Shown one piece after another: positions 10,248-17,114 of a DNA stretch of 64,000 bases (the stretch's first letter is position 1; each line of letters opens with the position of its first letter). The notes beneath the pieces were generated by a model, which did no database searches, was not told where the DNA came from, and saw only the letters and a program-made list of their open reading frames with translations. Position numbers and translations under genes: made by a program. This DNA is from a virus (taxonomy: Duplodnaviria > Caudoviricetes): positions 24,997-88,996 of IMG/VR virus record IMGVR_UViG_3300020048_000077; one strand, given 5' to 3'.

Positions 10248-10322
10248 TGGAGGATGCAGGACTCGAACCTGCGACCATACTGCAAGAAGCAGTTTCTCTC
10301 TAACCATCTGAGCTAATCCTCC
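10248..10322 (-). tRNA. tRNA-Arg(UCU), atypical
   Basis: GGAGGAT/ATCCTCC acceptor; T arm GCAGG-TTCGAGT-CCTGC; anticodon loop CT-TCT-TG; D stem GCTC/GAGA mismatch; no encoded CCA. Confidence 0.75.
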
Positions 10323-10395
10323 TACCACCGGTCTTTCCCGGTTGTCAATGGTACTGCACCCGCACCATCTGGGATCGTCTTACGACAATAAAATT

Positions 10396-10778
10396 AGCAG
10401 AGAGGTGTGCTGTTACGCTAAATGCTCAACGGAATCTACATCAGCCTTGCTCCTGTGGCCTTATTGCCTACCACATCCTCAGTGTTCACGACACCAGGTT
10501 AAGAGGTTAAGTCCCGGATCCTCTCGTACAAGGGAACCTTACTGATCATTGAGTTACTTACCTGAATACTACTCCAGCGGGCCTGAGGATCTACGAGTCT
10601 TTCAACTTTAGAGGCAGGTTACTGTATAATAGATTTTCATGTTCACTCCTCCCGAGTTCTTCCGTTACGCGCCCTACAATTCAGGTTTCACGGTACTTGG
10701 ATTCGCGTTTTACCAAGTATTCCCTCTTTGCAACTCCTTAGATGATGGCTGCTTCCAGGCCAACATTCCAGCTCTGCC
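10396..10778 (-). ncRNA. Large structured ncRNA with 23S rRNA H43/H44 (GTPase centre) and H23/H24-like motifs
   Basis: 5' GCTGGAATGTTGGCCTGGAAGCAGCCATCATCTAAGGAGT; 3' GCGTAACAGCACAC; terminal stem GGCAGAG/CTCTGCT; internal hairpin TACTTGG/CCAAGTA; no credible ORF. Confidence 0.75.
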
Positions 10779-10779
10779 T

Positions 10780-11835
10780 TTACTTGTACCTGATCACATC
10801 AGACCATGAAGGTCCATTACTGACAAATACCTTGTCGAACTTCACATTCAACGATGCAAGAAGACCATCGATGTCAATATGGAACTGGTCCATACATGTC
10901 ACCACAAGATTCTTCTTCCTTCCTACAGAATACGGAGAATCGCACTCCAGAGCGTAATTCAACAACTGTGGATTGAGATGTGCGATTCTGAACTCTCCTT
11001 GATGCTCATTGAAAATGTTTGTCTCGTTCTCATTGTTTCTGAGTTCAAGCTTGCATTCATCAGGAAAATACCCATTACCATGTCTTGTAGCATAGCTACG
11101 TGTGACATAATAAGTTTCATCATTTTCTCCTCTCCACATGCTTGCATTCTTGCCAGTGGTGTTCGACCTTGTGACATTGGGAAAGAACCCATGATCCATA
11201 TCAAGAAGAATGCCTTGAGCGCCCTCGTAGATAGGAGTTCCACCTATACTGAACAGATTTGGCACCACCGTAATGATCTCTTTCACTCTTTCCACAAACC
11301 CATTGAACAGGTCTATGGACACATGTAGTTCAGTTGAAGATGGACATTTCGAATACTTCTCTATGTTCTCCAGCTTTCCAGCAAGAACATCCGGATAGAA
11401 CAGATCTCGCACATGCAATTTGTAATGATGTTCCTGTCTTTGTATAGTGGTGCCAAAACCGGCCCCTACAGAACCATGATTCATGATCTTCTCACGTTCT
11501 CTGTTACGACAGATGTCGAACGGAGTAGTGATAATGGCCATGGGATTCACATAGATCTTAGGAGCTACAATCTTTCCAAGAAGAACATCATACTCTCTTA
11601 CAAGCGCAGGAGGATAGAGAGTACAGTACTCACTCCAGTAAGTTGGAGCACCTTGAAGTGTTCCTGAACCGAAGGAGGAGAATACATGCCTCTGTCCCTT
11701 GTGTACGACAGTATGCCCTGCCTGATGCCCACCGTTGAATCTTACAACGATGGGATCAGGAACAGTAGTGCATAGATATGAGGTGACAAGACCTTTGCCC
11801 TCATCTCCAAACCCAAGTCCAAGAACAGTGCTCAT
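10780..11835 (-). CDS. purA: Adenylosuccinate synthetase (PurA)-like protein
   Basis: GLGFGDEGKG, RFNGGHQAGHTV, EGAQGILLD, VTRSNT; divergent C-terminal YVTRSYATRHGNG. Confidence 0.88.
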   Translation of the reverse strand: MSTVLGLGFGDEGKGLVTSYLCTTVPDPIVVRFNGGHQAGHTVVHKGQRHVFSSFGSGTLQGAPTYWSEYCTLYPPALVREYDVLLGKIVAPKIYVNPMAIITTPFDICRNREREKIMNHGSVGAGFGTTIQRQEHHYKLHVRDLFYPDVLAGKLENIEKYSKCPSSTELHVSIDLFNGFVERVKEIITVVPNLFSIGGTPIYEGAQGILLDMDHGFFPNVTRSNTTGKNASMWRGENDETYYVTRSYATRHGNGYFPDECKLELRNNENETNIFNEHQGEFRIAHLNPQLLNYALECDSPYSVGRKKNLVVTCMDQFHIDIDGLLASLNVKFDKVFVSNGPSWSDVIRYK

Positions 11836-12716
11836 AGCATGTCAACTTTCGGAGTTGGTGCTGTGCCTGCATCTTGTACAGGGGCATCTGAAGTAACTGA
11901 TGCAGGACTCACTCTCAATGTCTTCAGGATGATATCTGATAAGACCATTGGAAGAGTGGTGTGATCAGTGATCACGATACAATTCTCTCCAAGGAGTTCC
12001 TTCCATCGGGGATCCACATGTCTTCCACCATGATCCACATGGATGTGAAACACATGATTGGTCTCCTGAGCCTTTGTAAGGAGTTCTGCAGCCGTGAATG
12101 ATGTACCTTGGCCAGCAGCTGCAGTTCCCATAAGTCCTTTTACAGCGCTCATCGGAAGAGTTGTCAGATTAGGTTCATCACCTACGGTGAATACGAATCC
12201 TTTTGCTCTCCTTTTGGAGAAGGCATCCGTTTGGATGTGATTTGATGCAAAGTACCATGCAAGAAGATAACTCTCACCTGCATTTCCTCCACCTCCACCT
12301 TCAAGGAAGGTACGTGTCAACCACATGTCCAGTTCTGCATCTCCTGATTCGAACTGTCCGATTTGAAGAGGGAAACGGTCACACTCGTGATCACCGATGG
12401 CCCCGAACATCAAAGAGATGTCATTAAGACCCTTCTGGATGAGTCCTCCCATCAATTTGGGAAGACCTTCCTTGATCAGTTCATGTGGTATATGGCCCAT
12501 ACTACCGGTCACATCCAAGTACAGCTGTACAGGAATGGAATGCGGGTGTAGCTCTGAATCCCGACTCTCTCTGAATGCCACTCCCGAAGGGTTCATGGCA
12601 GCATGTATCTGCCTGGATTCAGATTGAGTGAAGATCTTAGTGACAGGTGCAGTTGCATACTTCATCGTAGTTGCCCGTTCTAAACGAGCATCTACGGAAT
12701 AACTTGAATTTCCCAT
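11832..12716 (-). CDS. VWA-domain protein
   Basis: MIDAS-like LDVTGSMG, GAIGDHECD, EGGGGGNAGESY, FTVGDE. Confidence 0.85.
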   Translation of the reverse strand: MGNSSYSVDARLERATTMKYATAPVTKIFTQSESRQIHAAMNPSGVAFRESRDSELHPHSIPVQLYLDVTGSMGHIPHELIKEGLPKLMGGLIQKGLNDISLMFGAIGDHECDRFPLQIGQFESGDAELDMWLTRTFLEGGGGGNAGESYLLAWYFASNHIQTDAFSKRRAKGFVFTVGDEPNLTTLPMSAVKGLMGTAAAGQGTSFTAAELLTKAQETNHVFHIHVDHGGRHVDPRWKELLGENCIVITDHTTLPMVLSDIILKTLRVSPASVTSDAPVQDAGTAPTPKVDML

Positions 12717-12719
12717 GGC

Positions 12720-13079
12720 TCAATTGTCTTGGAACAGGTGTTTGTAACGTGTCTTTGCAATGTCAAGCTTGATCTCAAGGTTCCTGATGGTGATACCGAG
12801 TTCAATATCCTTCTCTACGAAGGCCTTGGCATCGAAATCTGCAGCCAGTACAAGACTGATGGCATCAGTAGGTGACATGTCAAGCATTCCTTCGCGTTCA
12901 CGCTTGATCTGCTTCAACTGTACCTCAAGATCCTCCACCTGTCGTTTGTAGAGCATATCTGCTGCCTCAGCAATGGCCACGGCACGATCAGCTCTGATCT
13001 TCTTGTTGTTTCTCAATAAAGATGCTCCGAAAGCTCCTTTCATTTCTCCCAGTCCTTCTGGTGTTACGTCTTCTGACAT
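12720..13079 (-). CDS. Small coiled-coil protein of the VWA-PurA cassette
   Basis: FGASLLRNNKKIRADRAVAI...; similar to 17115-17456. Confidence 0.75.
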   Translation of the reverse strand: MSEDVTPEGLGEMKGAFGASLLRNNKKIRADRAVAIAEAADMLYKRQVEDLEVQLKQIKREREGMLDMSPTDAISLVLAADFDAKAFVEKDIELGITIRNLEIKLDIAKTRYKHLFQDN

Positions 13080-13102
13080 GATTATTTGGTTTTTAAAATT
13101 GA

Positions 13103-13390
13103 TTACTTTACTTGAATGTCGATATCCATCAGAATCTTTCCGAGGAGTGTGAATGTGGCCCTTGCAGATTCTCTTGTAAGAGTGAACTTGGAAATGTTCA
13201 TACCATCCTTACATTCCAACCCTCCAAAAGGGGGATGATCCATCTCTTCAGGAAACTTAGGACGTTCATACTTGAAATGTATCAGTTGACCTTCTTCTGA
13301 AGATCCTACCCATACCGTTCTGTCATCTCCAAGGTCTACTTGAAGACCATCTACTGTGATAGGAGGCTTTTCTTGTTTTTTCTTTGCCAT
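13103..13390 (-). CDS. Hypothetical protein
   Basis: 95-aa ORF in the operon. Confidence 0.65.
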   Translation of the reverse strand: MAKKKQEKPPITVDGLQVDLGDDRTVWVGSSEEGQLIHFKYERPKFPEEMDHPPFGGLECKDGMNISKFTLTRESARATFTLLGKILMDIDIQVK

Positions 13391-13417
13391 TGCATTGATG
13401 TTACTTGATTTTCAATT

Positions 13418-13944
13418 TAGCACCCTCTTTCTTATATCTTGGTCTAGTCGCCAAAGCTTAAAGAGTAGGGTCACATAGATATTAAGGCAATGCAGGCAAC
13501 AGACCTACTTTAACCTGTTTAGCAGACAGGACCTTATAACTACTTGCTGAGAACTCATTTGTATTGTGTGCTGGATACGGCTATATTTTCAAGTTAGCAC
13601 AATATATGTTTCACCCATTTCCTTTCTCAAGGGAACAATACATCTAGGATTACTCCGTAGGTAGTGGCAATTTAACCTCTCTGATCTCTTAGTCCCAGTG
13701 AACTTATTCCACACTATTAAGCAGTCTGCTACTGCCCCTCTACTGTCAATTCAGTATCTAATATCTTTCCGCTAGTCCGCTTACGCAGAACACGAGAGGT
13801 TCAATGTTTAGCCTTTTTCTTCAATAATTAGGACAACCGCATCTTCCAGAGTCTTGGGCCTGACGGACGGTACGGTGTGTAGGCATTCCTACTTCGATGC
13901 AGACTTCGATGGTCTCAACTCCACGTCCGCACTTAGTCCATATC
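13418..13944 (-). ncRNA. Candidate large structured ncRNA (~520 nt)
   Basis: ORF-free; helices AACCTCTC/GAGAGGTT, GTATTGT/ACAATAC, TGTGCT/AGCACA, GCGGACG/CGTCCGT, GTAGG/CCTAC, TACTG/CAGTA, GCAGT/ACTGC, CCTGT/ACAGG. Confidence 0.55.
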
Positions 13945-14421
13945 TTAGGAATTCAATAGTTCTTCAACCTTTTTCAATGCACTTATGAACCGACTTTCCT
14001 CATTCATGAATGGAAGAAGTTCTTCTTTGATAGCTGTTAATCGGTTGATTTCAGTTAGATGAGTGAGATAGACTATCCTTAATTCAAGGTCATGGACTAT
14101 CGATTGAATCTGAATGCCCTGTACATTCATAAGAAGCGGAACTTCTATGCCAGCATCTTTACAGAATTGCTTGTCGTAATGGAGCATATTCTTGTAGTGG
14201 GCCAGTACTCTTCGTAACCAACCGAGTTCAGAACATACACTGATGTTCACAGTGTTCTGAGATGCCTCAGGATTTGTTATAGATACTGATATATGATATT
14301 TCATATCTGCAACTCCAAGATCTTTGAGTCTTGCATCAATTTCATTGATCTTATTTTCCAGAGCAAGTTGTCTTCCTTTTTTACTTGAAAGACCTGAGCT
14401 TCTTTTTGCTAAAGCGGTCAT
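13945..14421 (-). CDS. Hypothetical helical protein
   Basis: 158-aa ORF with AT-rich leader. Confidence 0.7.
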   Translation of the reverse strand: MTALAKRSSGLSSKKGRQLALENKINEIDARLKDLGVADMKYHISVSITNPEASQNTVNISVCSELGWLRRVLAHYKNMLHYDKQFCKDAGIEVPLLMNVQGIQIQSIVHDLELRIVYLTHLTEINRLTAIKEELLPFMNEESRFISALKKVEELLNS

Positions 14422-14446
14422 TTTTCTACGTTTTTAATTGTTTGAT

Positions 14447-14521
14447 TGGTTGTGGCTGGGGGAATCGAACCACCGACCTCCTGCGTATAAGACAGGCGCT
14501 CTACCACTGAGCTGTACCACA
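14447..14521 (-). tRNA. tRNA-Ile(UAU)
   Basis: Cloverleaf with CCTGT-CTTATAC-GCAGG anticodon arm, GCTC/GAGC D stem, TTCGATT T loop, encoded ACCA. Confidence 0.85.
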
Positions 14522-14568
14522 ATGGCGCCCACTCTCTTTCAATGTCCTTCGTGGAGAGTGGGCTGTTT

Positions 14569-14719
14569 GTTCACATGATATTCAAAAGTCTTAAGCTAAC
14601 GCTTTAGATCTAATGCTCTAACCAGCTGAGCTACAGGGCTTTGTTTCTCTTTAAAGAAGCCCTGATGGGATTCGAACCCATGACCCTCAGATATTGAAGA
14701 TACTTCTGATCACATGAAC
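14569..14719 (-). ncRNA. Circularly permuted tRNA mimic, YrlA/Y-RNA-like
   Basis: Order is T arm (ATGGG-TTCGAAT-CCCAT), acceptor stem CAGGGCT/AGCCCTG closed by a 17-nt loop, then D arm (GCTC-AGCTGGTTA-GAGC); ends pair as an 11-bp stem GTTCATGTGAT/ATCATGTGAAC. Confidence 0.8.
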
Positions 14720-14727
14720 GGATGAAC

Positions 14728-14811
14728 CTCAGTCTCAAGCTTTGACCCAACACTAATTCTAAGTTACCTCGAATATATGATGTTGATGCTAATGCTCAGG
14801 CTTTGGTCAAT
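14728..14811 (-). other. Structured element between the 267-aa gene and the Y-like RNA
   Basis: TTGACC/GGTCAA and CAACA/TGTTG helices; direct repeat CAAAGC(C/T)TGAG twice. Confidence 0.45.
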
Positions 14812-14816
14812 TTCTA

Positions 14817-15620
14817 CTATTTCCCGTTGAAGAGGTATCCGAAGATCCTCTGGGATGTCAATTCCGATTGATGCACTTCTACCTCATTGCACTGCTTCAG
14901 AGCAATGACAACTGCTGTAAGCAACGTTGTACGTCTCTTCAACATGCCGGCACGTTCTCTTTGAGAAGCTTCTCCAGAGAACTCCTGTACAGTGTAGTCT
15001 CCCACATCAAGGACAGTTGTTCTGTTGGCCACCTGAGGAACATATCCTTTGATGTCCTCCTTACCTGTGAGGTTTGGATCCTGAAGGATGTACTGCTCCT
15101 TCTCCGTGGTCTTGATCGTACCTTCCAGTATAGGAAGCTGATAGATTCCTGCTCTATCCTTGTACAGGTCTGAAGTGGCCTCACTCCATTGTTTCGAATC
15201 GCTTCTTACTGGAATGCTCTCAAGCATGATGGTAAGATCACTGTTCTCAATGATGCTCTTCAATCTGAGGAGTTCAAGAGAAGTGTATACTCCCCAATCT
15301 TCACCCTCTACCACCAAAGAAGCAGTAGCTGTACCGGAGGCATTGGTCTTCTCCTGTGCGAACAGGGCATCAATGTACTCTCCTGCATTGTCAAGGAACC
15401 AGGCCAGCTTCTCACCTACAGTGGTCTGAACGATTATGGTTCCTCTCTTAGTGGGATCATCGGCCATGCCGTCCTTCACTGCAAATGTTTTCTGATACCC
15501 TTGAAAGGCACCTTGTTTTCCTGAGAAGAACTTCGCAAAGTCCTTCAACATGTTCTTGAACGGCACTGCAAGACTGTCAGTCTTTGCAAGTAGTACGTTG
15601 AGTTTCAATTCTTTAGACAT
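14817..15620 (-). CDS. Conserved phage hypothetical protein (LKLNVLLAKTD type)
   Basis: 267 aa with clean, highly expressed codon usage; resembles proteins I recall next to Y-RNA/TROVE loci (unverified). Confidence 0.8.
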   Translation of the reverse strand: MSKELKLNVLLAKTDSLAVPFKNMLKDFAKFFSGKQGAFQGYQKTFAVKDGMADDPTKRGTIIVQTTVGEKLAWFLDNAGEYIDALFAQEKTNASGTATASLVVEGEDWGVYTSLELLRLKSIIENSDLTIMLESIPVRSDSKQWSEATSDLYKDRAGIYQLPILEGTIKTTEKEQYILQDPNLTGKEDIKGYVPQVANRTTVLDVGDYTVQEFSGEASQRERAGMLKRRTTLLTAVVIALKQCNEVEVHQSELTSQRIFGYLFNGK

Positions 15621-15654
15621 TTTAGTCTTGAGTTTTAAGGGTTAAGTGTTAAAA

Positions 15655-15692
15655 ATGAAGGAAGGAGAGATCACTGTCTCCCCTTCCTTTTA
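15655..15692 (-). terminator. Intrinsic terminator after 15710-16309
   Basis: AAGGAAGGGGAGA...TCTCTCCTTCCTT hairpin followed by CATTTT. Confidence 0.6.
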
Positions 15693-15709
15693 ACATGATC
15701 TTGATGACC

Positions 15710-16309
15710 TTACAGCGTAGCTGATTGTGTCTCATCAACAATGCCAGCACTTACAGGTGCAGCATCAGCGACAAGGATCACATGCTCCGGAGCAGCATCA
15801 CCCTTCATGGCCACAACTTCAGTGTTGCTGAAGATGTACTGACCCTTGTGAGTGATGAAAGTTCCCTCAGAACCTCTTCGCTTTGCTGAAGATTCCAAGT
15901 TCTCCTTCTGATAGTCTGTAGGGACAACGGTCTCAGCGATCTTTACACGGAGTCTGTACTCTCCGAGCTTCTGATTCTTACGACCCAATGGAAGAACTTC
16001 TTTTCCAAGTTCCTTATCCATTTCCCAATCCGCATCATCACCACAGTTGATGTCCAATTGCTTGGCAACATCATTGATCTCTGCGGTCATCCATGCTCTT
16101 CGTGCCCCATTGCTGAAGCGAGCATCTGATGCGTTCAACAGGCCCAACAGGGCGCCTGAATTCCCTTCAATACTGGTCATTCTCTCAGCAAATTCAAGCT
16201 GAACTTTTGACGAGTTTGTGGTTTTGATGGCTCTCACCAAGAGAGTTTCACCAGCTTGAAGTGAATCAAGCATCGCAGCTACTTCTGCGCTTTTCTTAGA
16301 CTTTGACAT
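15710..16309 (-). CDS. Hypothetical protein (possible ssDNA-binding protein)
   Basis: 199 aa, beta-rich, flexible acidic tail, own terminator; function is a guess. Confidence 0.7.
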   Translation of the reverse strand: MSKSKKSAEVAAMLDSLQAGETLLVRAIKTTNSSKVQLEFAERMTSIEGNSGALLGLLNASDARFSNGARRAWMTAEINDVAKQLDINCGDDADWEMDKELGKEVLPLGRKNQKLGEYRLRVKIAETVVPTDYQKENLESSAKRRGSEGTFITHKGQYIFSNTEVVAMKGDAAPEHVILVADAAPVSAGIVDETQSATL

Positions 16310-16477
16310 GATTTGAATTGTTTACTATGATTAATTTGGAACAGTGTTAAAGGCCTGTCCCCTACCTTACAATTGTTTTCTCGACCTATACGACCAGATG
16401 CGCTTGAGTGATATTCTCTGTGGCAATCAATGGATTCCTTCGTGTCTTCTACATTATTGATTTCTTTACATTCTTTT

Positions 16478-17110
16478 CTACCTTAATAGGAGAAGCAGCT
16501 TCCTGTTCGGAACATCTTCAGCATTCGCAGGTACGCTTACACTTTGAGCCTGAACACTTGTACCAAGAGACATGAAATGTTCCAATTCAGGTACAGGCAT
16601 GAGATCTGAATCAATGTTAAGCCTCCGCAGAAAACTATGCACATCTTCAAGTGAATTTATAACTGCGTTTGAAAAACCGTGCTTAATACAGTCAGCTAAT
16701 TCAGGAAAGATTGAAATTTCAGCGTATCTATCATCCCAATGCGATGAATCCACAACATCAACTTCTTCAGGAGCAACTGATTGAACAAAAACACTGTCAG
16801 TGCATGAATCCCGTGCAAAAACAATGACCGGTACATCTGCAGCAAAAGCTTGAAGAATCTCTTCATGACATCCTTTGGCTATGTTGATACTGAATTTATC
16901 CATTACAGCATCAACATTGGATCCTACGATAACCAGGTCACACGACCTGATCAGTTCATACATGGTAGATTGAGAATATATAGTCCCCCTTACATGCAGC
17001 TTCACATCATGATCTGAAAGCTTCCCCGGAAGAGCTTTTACGAACTCTTCTATATGGGGAAGCATCTGAGAATCATTGACGTGGGCGGACCTTGAGTAAT
17101 AGATCCTCAT
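16478..17110 (-). CDS. Nucleoside 2-deoxyribosyltransferase-like (TIR/NDT fold) protein
   Basis: RIYYSRS...IRSCDLVIV...GCHEEILQAFAADVPVIVF pattern. Confidence 0.6.
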   Translation of the reverse strand: MRIYYSRSAHVNDSQMLPHIEEFVKALPGKLSDHDVKLHVRGTIYSQSTMYELIRSCDLVIVGSNVDAVMDKFSINIAKGCHEEILQAFAADVPVIVFARDSCTDSVFVQSVAPEEVDVVDSSHWDDRYAEISIFPELADCIKHGFSNAVINSLEDVHSFLRRLNIDSDLMPVPELEHFMSLGTSVQAQSVSVPANAEDVPNRKLLLLLR

Positions 17111-17114
17111 GGTC

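Noticed and set aside
10203-10328. N-terminal extension of ORF 9498-10328
   Set aside because: It runs through tRNA-Arg; ATG 10202 with an AT-rich leader is the better start
10504-10515. GGTTAAGTCCCG match to a 16S rRNA conserved stretch
   Set aside because: Only 12 nt and on the opposite strand from the other motifs; may be chance
10396-10778. A genuine rRNA gene or host contamination
   Set aside because: Similarity is confined to short, non-contiguous motifs from different 23S domains and is embedded seamlessly between phage genes
10780-11835. PurZ / Z-base (2-aminoadenine) genome system
   Set aside because: The enzyme keeps the PurA-type GDEGKG rather than GSTGKG, and no dATPase/MazZ-like partner is recognisable in the window
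14569-14719. Classical permuted tRNA gene that is re-ligated into a decoding tRNA
   Set aside because: No plausible 7-nt anticodon loop can be rebuilt from the ends; the extended terminal stem fits Y-RNA architecture better
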